DNA from: Planctomycetota bacterium
GTDB taxonomy: Bacteria; Planctomycetota; UBA1135; UBA2386
NCBI GenBank assembly: GCA_965223545.1
Contig: OZ245006.1
Location: 6,144,001-6,208,000 of the forward strand
DNA length: 64,000 nt
Direction of reading: 5' to 3'
The position numbers and the translations under genes were made by a program. Below, in pieces: positions 38,364-47,514 of the stretch. The notes beneath the pieces are model-generated. The model saw nothing but the letters and a program-made list of their open reading frames with translations, had not been told where the DNA came from and did not search any database. Each line of letters opens with the position of its first letter. Positions within the stretch are counted from its first letter, which is position 1.

Positions 38364-39911
38364 TCAGCCGTCGGCTGCCGTCGGCGACGCCGTCCGCAGC
38401 TCGTCGGGGAGGACGAAGGCGGGCGCGTCCTGGTAGCAGACCGGGCGCGTGAAGCGCTCGATCGCGCTGTCTCCGACGGACGTGGTGCGCGCGTCGGTGG
38501 TGGCCGGATACGGGCCGCCGTGCTGCATCGCCGCACAGACCTCCACGCCGGTCGGGTAGCCGTTGAACACGAGGCGGCCGGCGACTTCTTCCAGGGCTGC
38601 GGCGAGGGCGGAGACGAGCGCGTCTTCGCCGTCGTCGAAGTGGATGCTGGCGGTGAGCTGGCCCTGCAGCTCGGCGGCGATGGCGGGAAGCGAGTCAGCG
38701 GCCTCGCACGCCACCAGCGTGGTGCTCGGTCCGAACAGCTCCTCGGCGAGCAGCGGCTGCTGCCGCCAACGCGCGAGCGAAGTGGTGAACAGGGCCGGCA
38801 CCATGCCGCACCCCTGGTCCTCCTGCGGTCGGCCGATGTAGTCGGCCCCGGCCGCTTGCCGCGCGGCAACTCCGTTCCGATAGGCATTGGCGATCGCGGC
38901 GTGCAGGGCGGTCCCGGCGTCGACCTCCTGCAAGCATCGGCCCAGCGCTGCGGCGAAGCGCGTCGCGTCGTCGTTGTCGACGACGAACACCAGCCCGGGG
39001 TTGGTGCAGAACTGACCGACCCCCAAGCTGACCGAGGCCGCCAGTTGCGCGGCGATCTCCTCGCCGCGGGCCGCCACCGCGCCGGGAGTGATGAATGTCG
39101 GGTTGACGCTGCCCATCTCCGCGAACACGGGGATTGGTGGTCGGCGTGATTGCGCGATCTCGAGCAGTGCCAGGCCCCCCGCCTGCGAACCGGTGAACGC
39201 CACCGCGCACGTGCGGCGGTGGCGCACCATCTCCTCACCGACCGCGTGCTGCGTGCCGTGCAGCATCGAGAACGTGCCGAGAGGCAACGCGGCGCCCCTG
39301 ACCGCCTCGGCGATGGCCTCGCCGACGAGCTCGGAGGTGCCGGGATGAGCGGGGTGCGCCTTGACCACGACCGGGCAACCCGCCGCCAGTGCGGAGGCGG
39401 TGTCGCCGCCCGCCACCGAGAAGGCGAGCGGAAAGTTGCTGGCGCCGAACACTGCCACCGGGCCCACCGGCACCAGCATGCGGCGTAGATCGGGCTTCGG
39501 TGGCTGCCGATCCGGGATCGCCGGCTCGGAGCGGCAGCCGAGGAAGGCGCCGTCGCGAACGATCGACGCGAAGCGGCGCAGCTGGCCAGTGGTGCGACCG
39601 CGCTCGGCGACCAGCCGCGCCTTGGGCAGGCCGGTCTCGGCGCCGGCTCGCTCCACCAGCGCGTCCCCCAGTGCCTCGATGCCGGCCGCAATTTGCTCGA
39701 GCAGCTCGGCGCGCGCGTGCCGCGGCAGCTGGCGCAGTTCTCGGTGCGCGTGGTGGGCAGCCTCGAACGCCTGGTCGATCTCGGCCAACGTCGCTTCGCC
39801 GAACGCCGTCGGCAGAACGGCCCCCGTGCTGGGATCGTGGGCCGAGAACTCGGCGCCCGCGGGAGAGACCCGTTCGCCGGCGATCAAGTGGTTGCCGTGG
39901 AGTGGTGCCAT
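38364..39911 (-). CDS. Aldehyde dehydrogenase, alpha-ketoglutaric semialdehyde dehydrogenase-like
   Basis: VFGASNFPLAFSVAGGDTASALAAG, FTGS, AEMGSVNP, GQFCTNPG, HGGPYPATT. Confidence 0.92.
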   Translation of the reverse strand: MAPLHGNHLIAGERVSPAGAEFSAHDPSTGAVLPTAFGEATLAEIDQAFEAAHHAHRELRQLPRHARAELLEQIAAGIEALGDALVERAGAETGLPKARLVAERGRTTGQLRRFASIVRDGAFLGCRSEPAIPDRQPPKPDLRRMLVPVGPVAVFGASNFPLAFSVAGGDTASALAAGCPVVVKAHPAHPGTSELVGEAIAEAVRGAALPLGTFSMLHGTQHAVGEEMVRHRRTCAVAFTGSQAGGLALLEIAQSRRPPIPVFAEMGSVNPTFITPGAVAARGEEIAAQLAASVSLGVGQFCTNPGLVFVVDNDDATRFAAALGRCLQEVDAGTALHAAIANAYRNGVAARQAAGADYIGRPQEDQGCGMVPALFTTSLARWRQQPLLAEELFGPSTTLVACEAADSLPAIAAELQGQLTASIHFDDGEDALVSALAAALEEVAGRLVFNGYPTGVEVCAAMQHGGPYPATTDARTTSVGDSAIERFTRPVCYQDAPAFVLPDELRTASPTAADG

Positions 39912-40057
39912 CGGCGGCGCACTGTATCGCTCGGTGGCCACTGGGCGAAGGCGCCAATCGCGGCACTCGGCGCGGCGGCAATTGCGAAAACGGCAGTCTT
40001 GGTCCTTCGTCGCCTTCGTCAGAGGACACGAACAACACGAGGGCTGCCGCTGCCAAG

Positions 40058-40825
40058 TCAGTCGCGGCGTGCCAGTCGGAGCGCGGTGAAGGTGGAGCCA
40101 TCGAGGCGGTCGGCGGTGGGCAGCGTGGCGCACCGCAGGATCGCGGCGACCTCGGCGTGCCGCATTCCCGACAGCAGCAGGGCCCCGGTGCGGTTCCAGG
40201 TCGCGACCAACGAGGGCAGCGCCGCCATCAGTTCGGCGGCGGTCATGTTGGCGACCACGTGGTCGTGCGCCGCCCTCGGGAGCGCGGTGGGATCGCCGGC
40301 CCGAACGTCGGCGTCGGGAACCAGGTCTCTTGCGGCCCGCACGGCGTCGGGGTCGATGTCGCAGGCGCGCACGGGGCGGCAGCCGAGCTCGACGGCGAGC
40401 AGCGCGAGAATGCCGGAGCCGGTGCCGGCATCCGCCAGGCTGCCGCCGCGGACGTGGCGTTGCATCAGGCGCATGGCGAGCTGGGTGCTCTCGTGCTCGC
40501 CGCTGCCGAACGCCATGCCGCGCGGCACCACGAGCTCCACACCGGCGAAATCGGGCGCCGCCGGTACCCACGGTGGCCGCACGCGTAGAGTCGGCGAGAT
40601 CTCGACGAGGGAGTCGTCCCGCCGCCAGTCCGTCGTGCCGGTCGGTTGGCGGAGAGCGAGCACCTGCACACCGAGCTCGGAGGGTGGTTCTGGCGATGAG
40701 TCCGCCAGCCACACCTCGATCTCCGCTTCGCGCTCGGCCACACCGCTCACTTCGCAGTGCAAGAGCACTCGCTCCAGCGCGCGCGCGAGATGGTCCGGGC
40801 TACCACGCATGAGCAAGCCGCGCAT
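40058..40825 (-). CDS. prmA: Ribosomal protein L11 methyltransferase-like SAM-dependent methyltransferase
   Basis: VRPPW, GMAFGSGEHEST, DAGTGSGILA, CDIDPDAV, VVAN, LLSG. Confidence 0.8.
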   Translation of the reverse strand: MRGLLMRGSPDHLARALERVLLHCEVSGVAEREAEIEVWLADSSPEPPSELGVQVLALRQPTGTTDWRRDDSLVEISPTLRVRPPWVPAAPDFAGVELVVPRGMAFGSGEHESTQLAMRLMQRHVRGGSLADAGTGSGILALLAVELGCRPVRACDIDPDAVRAARDLVPDADVRAGDPTALPRAAHDHVVANMTAAELMAALPSLVATWNRTGALLLSGMRHAEVAAILRCATLPTADRLDGSTFTALRLARRD

Positions 40826-40846
40826 CGCGGCACTATAGGTCCGTGG

Positions 40847-42223
40847 CTACGAGCAACGCGATGGCTGGGAGATGAACGTCCGGTAGTCGAGCTCCCGCAG
40901 GGCGCGGGTCACCAGGTGGAGGGTGAGGAGCAGAGCCAGCAAGGATGCCAACGCATAGCCGGCGCCGTACGAGCGGACGCCGAGCTGCAGGCTGACCCAC
41001 GCGAAGACGCCGTTGAGACAGAGGAAAGTGGCCGCACAGGTGAGCGCGTCCTTGCGCAGGTCGAAGTACATGAGGATCAGGATGCCGATCAGGGTGAAGA
41101 CGTGCAGGCCAGAGCCGACGCAGGCGAGCTGGAAGACCCGCACCGCTGCCGCGGGCATCGCGATCTGCTCGATGATCCAGGGCGCGAAGACGACGCACGC
41201 CCCGGTGATCGCACCCTGCACGCGCAGCAAGCGCACGCCACCCTCGCGCAGCGCCTCGGCCATGGCTGCGCGCTTCTCGCGGATCTCGCCGAGGCGCGCT
41301 CCCCCGAGCACCGAGGCGTAGTAGTCGCGGTAGCGCTCGTAGAACGAGGTCTCGACCTGAATCAGGTTGAGCGCCAGTGCCGGCAGAACGGTGATGTAGG
41401 CGAGAAAGCTGCAAGTGTCGTACAGCGGGTGATAGCGGACGAACGGGTGGTTGCCGATTCCGTCGGCGAACCAGAACACGATCTTGTCGATCCAGATCGC
41501 CCCGCTGTAGGCCAGGCCGACGAGCACCAGCGAGGGGTAGCGTGTCAGGCTCTTGAAGATCGAGGCGTCGCGGCGCCCCGGGGCTTCGGTGCCGCGCACG
41601 ATGGCGGCGACCAGCAGCACCAGCGCGATCGCCTGACCCAGGGCGTAGGCGCCGATCGCGCCGGTCACGCCCAGCTTGGCGTCGACCGTCCACATGGCGG
41701 CATAGGAGACCAGCAGGCCGAGGCCGTAGGCAGTCAGGACCGCGTCGAACTTGCGGATGCAGGTCAGCCAGACCAGAGCGATCCACGACATGCCGACGAC
41801 GACGAACAGCGCGCAGAACACGAAGGTCAGCCGGACGTCGAACCCGCACGCGAACGCGTAGGCCCCGCCGACCGCGAGCTGGATCAGGCCGACGGCCAAG
41901 AGTGCACTGACGAAGGCCGGCAACACCGCGTCGTACTGCTGCCGGAACAGGAGGTCGGCGAGCCCGCGCGTGAGCGGCATCTGCAGCGATCCGACCACGA
42001 GCAGGCTGAACGCGAAACAGTACGTGACCAGTGCGCGGAACTCGTCGAAGTCGCTGCGATGGCCGATCGAGTCCTGGAACAGCGTGGCGACCCACAGGCT
42101 CGCCATCGTCATCACCCACGGGCCCGACGAGACCAGCGTGGCGGCGGCGTAGCCGCGCAGCGTGCCGATCAGGGACCGTTCGCCGTCAACGAGGTGGCGT
42201 AGATTGAAGCCGATGCCGGCCAT
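40847..42223 (-). CDS. pelG: Pel exopolysaccharide transporter PelG
   Basis: MAGIGFNLR N-terminus, SSGPW, IWIDKIVFW, LYD..FLAY, VETSFY, MYFD; multi-TM. Confidence 0.93.
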   Translation of the reverse strand: MAGIGFNLRHLVDGERSLIGTLRGYAAATLVSSGPWVMTMASLWVATLFQDSIGHRSDFDEFRALVTYCFAFSLLVVGSLQMPLTRGLADLLFRQQYDAVLPAFVSALLAVGLIQLAVGGAYAFACGFDVRLTFVFCALFVVVGMSWIALVWLTCIRKFDAVLTAYGLGLLVSYAAMWTVDAKLGVTGAIGAYALGQAIALVLLVAAIVRGTEAPGRRDASIFKSLTRYPSLVLVGLAYSGAIWIDKIVFWFADGIGNHPFVRYHPLYDTCSFLAYITVLPALALNLIQVETSFYERYRDYYASVLGGARLGEIREKRAAMAEALREGGVRLLRVQGAITGACVVFAPWIIEQIAMPAAAVRVFQLACVGSGLHVFTLIGILILMYFDLRKDALTCAATFLCLNGVFAWVSLQLGVRSYGAGYALASLLALLLTLHLVTRALRELDYRTFISQPSRCS

Positions 42224-43797
42224 CAGACGGGTTCTCCCGCGTTCAGATGGCGCTGATAGATGTCGGAGTACGCCGTGATCATGTCCTGCTGCGCATAGAA
42301 CCGGCGCACCCGTTGCTGCAGGTTGCGGCCCATCTGTGCGCGCAGGTCGGGGTCTCCGTGCAAGCGGAGCAGCGCCGCGGCGGTTTCCCCCGGGGACGAG
42401 ATCGCCGTGGTGATGCCGCCGACTCCCAAGCTCTTGTCCTCCGGGTTCTTGCCGAACAGGAGGTCTCGACAGCAGCCGACGTCGGTGGTCACCACCGGCA
42501 GACCGACCGCGCCCGCTTCCAACACCGCCAACGGCTGCGCCTCCGAGATGCTGGTCAGAACCAGGACGTCGAGATCGGGCAGGTGCTCGGCGACGTTGAC
42601 GCGACCCTCGAAGCGGACGTTGTCCTGCAGGCCGAACTCGGCGGTGAGCCGGCGGCAGTCAGCGGCGTAGTCGGGGTCTTCCTCGGTCGGTCCCATGATC
42701 CGCACCAAGACGTCGGGGACCTTTCTCGCCACCAGTCTGGTCGCGGCAATCAGGGTGCGCACATCCTTGATGGGGCAGACACGGCCGACGAAGCCCACGG
42801 TGAAACGCTCGTTCTGCGCTCGCTGCGCCAGACGCTCGGCCGCGTCGTTCATGCGCAAGAGATCGATCCCGTTGGGGATGACGCGGATCCGGCCCGGGTC
42901 GGCTCCGTCGCTCACCTGCGCGTGCGCGTTGCCGTGATACAGAGTGAAGATCTCGTCGGCGTGCTCGTAGCAGATCTTGCTCATCACTTGGAAGTGCTGG
43001 TTCCAGAACTGCTTGAAGTAGGGCGGGCTGTTCTCGACGAAGACGCTCCCGCTGGTCGAGCTCTGCGGGATCCAGTCGGCGGAGTGGATCTCGATCCGGC
43101 GCTCCTTGGTGTAGATCCCGTGTTCGGTCAGGATGACGTCGCGCCCGTGCGCCAGCTTGGCAGCGGCGGCACACACGCCGGCATAGCCGGTGGATACCGT
43201 GTGGTACGCGCTGGCGACGGGCAGGGGATAGGCCAGCACGTTGAGCAGGGGTTGGTAGGCGAAGTGCCACGTCCAGAAGAAGTTCAGGAAGCTCTCGTTG
43301 CTGGCCTCCCGGCGGTAGGTCGAGACCAGGACGTTCCAGCTCTCGCGCGTGTTGAGGAACTCGCCCGCCGCCGGGATGGCATCTCCAGGTAGCTGTTGGA
43401 TTCGGCGGACGAAGTCCGCGAACCCGCCGCTGTTGCCGCGCCGCACACCGGCCGCAAAGCGCCAGAACTCACGCACTGCTTCGCGCGGGACCGAGCGACC
43501 GAGTCGCACGCCGGAATGGCGGGCGCGTCGGAGGGGCAGCTCCTCCAGCAGGACGACGTTCTCGGGCAGCTCGTACGCGAGCTTGGCGTAGAAGTTCGCG
43601 CTCGGGCTGAGGTGAACGATGCCGAAACGCAGCTCCGGCATCTGCGAAATCAGCTGGTGGACCCACGACGACACGCCGCCGGCGACATAGGGGTAGGTGC
43701 CCTCGAGGATGAAGCAGATATCGGGACGCACGCCCTGCCGGCGGCGGATCACCCGCGCCGGGTTGAGGCGATCGAGAATTGCGCTGAGCCGCGCCAT
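42223..43797 (-). CDS. pelF: Pel glycosyltransferase PelF (GT4)
   Basis: EGTYPYVAGGVSSWVHQLI, STGYAG, LTEHGIYTKER, GRVCPIKD, TSISEAQPL. Confidence 0.95.
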   Translation of the reverse strand: MARLSAILDRLNPARVIRRRQGVRPDICFILEGTYPYVAGGVSSWVHQLISQMPELRFGIVHLSPSANFYAKLAYELPENVVLLEELPLRRARHSGVRLGRSVPREAVREFWRFAAGVRRGNSGGFADFVRRIQQLPGDAIPAAGEFLNTRESWNVLVSTYRREASNESFLNFFWTWHFAYQPLLNVLAYPLPVASAYHTVSTGYAGVCAAAAKLAHGRDVILTEHGIYTKERRIEIHSADWIPQSSTSGSVFVENSPPYFKQFWNQHFQVMSKICYEHADEIFTLYHGNAHAQVSDGADPGRIRVIPNGIDLLRMNDAAERLAQRAQNERFTVGFVGRVCPIKDVRTLIAATRLVARKVPDVLVRIMGPTEEDPDYAADCRRLTAEFGLQDNVRFEGRVNVAEHLPDLDVLVLTSISEAQPLAVLEAGAVGLPVVTTDVGCCRDLLFGKNPEDKSLGVGGITTAISSPGETAAALLRLHGDPDLRAQMGRNLQQRVRRFYAQQDMITAYSDIYQRHLNAGEPV

Positions 43798-43798
43798 G

Positions 43799-44833
43799 TC
43801 AGCGACCGGCCCCCCACAGAGACTCGTTCAACGCGGCGGTGCGGCCGTCACCGATCGCGGTGATCCAGTCGGGAACCTCGTGGCCGGCGGCCTCCAGCGC
43901 GAGGCCGTGCTGGCGGACGGTTTGTAGGTCGCGCTGCGCGAATGCGGTCTCGGCCAGCGTGAGCAGGAGGTCCGCACTGGTGTCGGCTTCCGTCAATGGC
44001 GCCAGGATGCGGCGGGCGGCGTCGTGTTCGCCGAGCGCGGCGTGCGCCGCGCCGACGATGCGAGTCGCCCGGACCTGACTGCTCTGGTCGTACCGCAGTG
44101 GGTCGGCCGCCTTGATCGCTTCGTGAGCCCAGTAGCGCGCCATCTCCGAGTCCAGCACTCCGCTGCGGGCGAACTCGAGCTGGATCGACGCCAGCTCGAG
44201 CCGGGATTCGCTGTCCGCTTCACCGGTGTCTTCGGCGATGACCGGCAGGAGAGCGGCGATGCGCGCCTCGAAGCCTTGTGCCAACCGGTCGAGTTCGGCG
44301 TGCGCGCACAGCCGGATCTCGTGATCGTCGTCGCGCAAGCACCGGCGCATCATCTCGACGTGGCGCCGTTCGCCGCGCCGCCCCAGGCTGCGGAGGAGGT
44401 TGCGCTTTTGGTCGAGCGTGCCGCGGTGCAAGACCTCGCGGTAGGTGACCGCGTTCAGCTCGCGCGACAGGTCGTAGTCGAGGTCTCCCGACAGCGAGCG
44501 TGCCTTGCGTTCCTCCTGTCGCGCGTCCTGCGCGGCTTCGAAGTCCGCATGCGCGTTGATCCGCGTCCCGTCATCGGCGGGGGCGATCAGCCAGGCGAGC
44601 ATTGGGCCGAGCATCGGGACCAGCGCCGCCGTGACCCACGCCGCGTCGAAGTCGACGCCGCCCCGGCCGGCGCGCAACCGGGCGGCGGCGGCGCAGGCGC
44701 CGGCGCCGGCGCAGTGCAGAATCAGACCTACCCACGGCGGTAGAGCCGTCGACAGCCGCAGCAGGGTGGCGGTCGATGCCAGCGCGCTGGCGGTCGCGGC
44801 GACGACCAGGATGCCGATCCACGCGATCCTCAC
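43799..44833 (-). CDS. pelE: PelE-like protein (N-terminal TM segments, HEAT/TPR repeats)
   Basis: Sits between pelD and pelF; TM segments with VPMLGP, LRDDDHEIRLCA HEAT-like motif, helical C-terminus. Confidence 0.75.
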   Translation of the reverse strand: MRIAWIGILVVAATASALASTATLLRLSTALPPWVGLILHCAGAGACAAAARLRAGRGGVDFDAAWVTAALVPMLGPMLAWLIAPADDGTRINAHADFEAAQDARQEERKARSLSGDLDYDLSRELNAVTYREVLHRGTLDQKRNLLRSLGRRGERRHVEMMRRCLRDDDHEIRLCAHAELDRLAQGFEARIAALLPVIAEDTGEADSESRLELASIQLEFARSGVLDSEMARYWAHEAIKAADPLRYDQSSQVRATRIVGAAHAALGEHDAARRILAPLTEADTSADLLLTLAETAFAQRDLQTVRQHGLALEAAGHEVPDWITAIGDGRTAALNESLWGAGR

Positions 44834-47514
44834 CCTTCGCCTCCTTGTTCCTCGACCCCTCGATCGTCGAAGTTGGCAAACGGGGTGCCGTCAGCCAGGT
44901 CACCGGGCGCGCTTTCCGCCCTGGCAGGGCTGTGGCCTTCGGCGTCGTCCTTGCCGCCCGCCAGCAGTCCATCGATGAGCTCTTGTCCCAAGCCGGGGAT
45001 GAGCGCGCGCAGCTGGCCGCTCACTTCGGCCAATGAGCTCTCCGGGATGCGTGACCGCAACGCATCCAACAGCCTGCGCATGACGATGCCGGCGTGCTCG
45101 GAGCGTGCGCCGGGAAGCACGATCGCGCAGCGATCGGGCGGCAGCGTGTAGATGCCGTCGGTGGTCCGCAAGAGTTGGTTGGCGACGTGTTCACAGTGGC
45201 GCGCCAGCACGCCGCAGCTCTCCTCCGTGTCCGAGGGCGCGCGGAGTTCGATGGCGTGCAGGTCGGTGCCGAACCGCTGCGCCAGCGAGATCTCGATGCG
45301 CAGTCGATCGACCAGGGCCCCGGCCACATCGGCGGTCAGAGCCGATGGGAGCTCGAAGGGGCAGCGCGGATCGAGGGCGATCGGCGCGTTCTCGCAGAAG
45401 TGATCGGTGAGCCGCGGTAGCAGCGTGGCCAGGTCGGGCGCGGTCTCGTCCGGCACGAAGACGGTCAACTCGACATCGCCGACGGCGTCGGTGCGCAGGA
45501 ACTCGAGCCGCCGCTGCAAGCGCCGGCGCACGACTTCGGCGCCGTGTGCGGGAGTGCCACCCAGCACCAGGACGAATGCGCCGGGGTAACCGAATCGGTA
45601 CAGCGTGTCGGACGCCCGCAAGCCCTGCGCGAAGGTATCGGCGACGTAGCGCTCGACGCGCTCGTTCTCCGCCGCAGTGCGTGGTGTGCGCTGGATGGTC
45701 TGCAGGGTGATCAGGCTCGCCCCGATACCGAGCCGGCTGCAGCGCGAGTCCTCGAGAAGCAGGCGGACCGCCAGCTGGCGGGGAGATCGAAGCTGTGGTG
45801 CACTGGGTGCGAGCGCGGGGGCTGGCCCACCGAATGCTGTTTGAGTGCGCTCCGCCCGCCGCAAGGTCGCGGTGATCCACTCGGCGATACCGAAGAAGAT
45901 CGAGACGGTCGCGTCGTTCAGGCGCCGAACCGGGATGTCGTCCAGGCACAGGACCGCGCAAACCGTGCCGTCGTTGCCCGAGATCGGCGCGACCGCCAGC
46001 GGACCGTCGGCCGACAGCGACTCGGTCGGATCGAGGCCGTTGATCGGACGGGCTTGCTGCAGGGCGCGCTGCACTTGGCTCGCCCCCGCCACGGCTTCGA
46101 GAGTCTCGCGCGTGGTGTCCTCCGACCAACCGATCTGAGCCGCGAGGTCGACTCCGCCACTCCCGAGTGGGGTCAGCACCGAAGCCCGGCTGGCTCCGCA
46201 CTGATCGGCGACCATCTGCAGGGCGAGCTCGTAGATCGAGTCGCGGGAGGCCGACTCGACCATGGCGGCCGTGTCGATCATGTTGCCGAACATCGTCGTG
46301 TGGTCGACGAAGCGGCGCTTGAGCTCCAGGTTGGCCTGGGTCAGGAGGTCGTTCTCGTGAAACAGTCCGTGCAGCTGTTCTTGCAGTCGCTCGTATCGCC
46401 GCCAGAGCTTGGTGTGGCGTTGGGCTTGGTCGTCGCGGAAGTCGCCGATCAGAAAGCCCACCGCGGTGAACATGATCGGCTCCTTCATGAACTCGAACCG
46501 CAGCAGCTCGGTCAGGCCAGCACCGGCGTGCGCTTGCCAAAGGCCGGTCACGTGCAGAATGCTGGCCACTACCGCCGCGACCAGCGCCGCGACCGCGCCG
46601 CGTGCTGCGGCCATCGGCAACACGATGAGCCAGTACGGGTGTGGTTCGAAGCCGACGAAGCCGACTTGGCCGTTTCTCCAGTAGAGCTCGGCGATTGTCG
46701 CCAGCCCGAACAGCGCGGTGACCTCGATGCACACCGTGCGCCACCAGTGCGGCAGAGCGGCCTTGGGTGCGACTCCCGGCTCGCTGGCAACCGGCTGGTC
46801 GAGTGTGTCGCTCGCGACGTCGTCGTCGAGGTCCGCGTCGAGGTCGAGTTCCACGTCGGCCGCTGTAGGCGGCGCCGCCTTCAGCGGGGGTGGGCTCGTG
46901 GGCGCCTCGGGTTCACCGGTGTGGTAGACGTCCTCGATGAAGGCCATGAAGCTGGCCAACGCCTCGGGGTCGTCCTCCGCATCGTCGCCTGCGTCCAGCG
47001 GAGCCGCCGGCCCGTCCGGTGCCGGGACCTGCGCCGCCGCGTCCGCGCCGACCGCGTCGAGGCCGCCTGCGAAGCTGTCCTCGTCGGCTTCGCGGTCGGC
47101 TTCGGGGAACAGCGGATTGGACGCCGCCGCTGGCGGGTCTTCGATCGCCGCAGAGTCAGGCTCGGAGTGGGGTGGCCCGAAGCCCGGCTCCCCCAGGTCC
47201 CAGCCACCGGACTCCGGCAGGTCATCCTCCGGCCCTTCAGGCTGTGGGTCTTCCGCCGCGGTGGGGAGCACCGGCTCGAGATCTGGGAACAGCGGATTGG
47301 GTGCGGGCGTCGCCGCGTCCGACTCCGGCGCTTCCGCTTCGCGTGGCTCGGTGTCGGGAAACAGCGGGTTGGGTGCGGCCGGACGGCGTGGCAGCTCGAA
47401 ATCGTGCAGCGGCGGTGGCTCGGGGAACGCCGAGGAGCCCGCGGCGTCATCGCACACATCGTGCTCGCGCCGCCGCCCCCTGTCGTCGCCCGGTGTCCCC
47501 ATCGGCTTCACCAC
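44830..47514 (-). CDS. pelD: PelD-like c-di-GMP receptor (TM, coiled coil, GAF, two degenerate GGDEF-like domains) with a long acidic N-terminus
   Basis: PHPYWLIVLP TM region, coiled coil, GAF-like VAPI..VLCLDDIP, LRASD and LRTTD RxxD motifs; operon position. Confidence 0.75.
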   Translation of the reverse strand: MVKPMGTPGDDRGRRREHDVCDDAAGSSAFPEPPPLHDFELPRRPAAPNPLFPDTEPREAEAPESDAATPAPNPLFPDLEPVLPTAAEDPQPEGPEDDLPESGGWDLGEPGFGPPHSEPDSAAIEDPPAAASNPLFPEADREADEDSFAGGLDAVGADAAAQVPAPDGPAAPLDAGDDAEDDPEALASFMAFIEDVYHTGEPEAPTSPPPLKAAPPTAADVELDLDADLDDDVASDTLDQPVASEPGVAPKAALPHWWRTVCIEVTALFGLATIAELYWRNGQVGFVGFEPHPYWLIVLPMAAARGAVAALVAAVVASILHVTGLWQAHAGAGLTELLRFEFMKEPIMFTAVGFLIGDFRDDQAQRHTKLWRRYERLQEQLHGLFHENDLLTQANLELKRRFVDHTTMFGNMIDTAAMVESASRDSIYELALQMVADQCGASRASVLTPLGSGGVDLAAQIGWSEDTTRETLEAVAGASQVQRALQQARPINGLDPTESLSADGPLAVAPISGNDGTVCAVLCLDDIPVRRLNDATVSIFFGIAEWITATLRRAERTQTAFGGPAPALAPSAPQLRSPRQLAVRLLLEDSRCSRLGIGASLITLQTIQRTPRTAAENERVERYVADTFAQGLRASDTLYRFGYPGAFVLVLGGTPAHGAEVVRRRLQRRLEFLRTDAVGDVELTVFVPDETAPDLATLLPRLTDHFCENAPIALDPRCPFELPSALTADVAGALVDRLRIEISLAQRFGTDLHAIELRAPSDTEESCGVLARHCEHVANQLLRTTDGIYTLPPDRCAIVLPGARSEHAGIVMRRLLDALRSRIPESSLAEVSGQLRALIPGLGQELIDGLLAGGKDDAEGHSPARAESAPGDLADGTPFANFDDRGVEEQGGEG

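Noticed and set aside
40058..40846. prmA as part of the pel operon
   Set aside because: It is only 21 bp downstream, but it has its own TATAGT box 6 nt before the ATG and no functional link.
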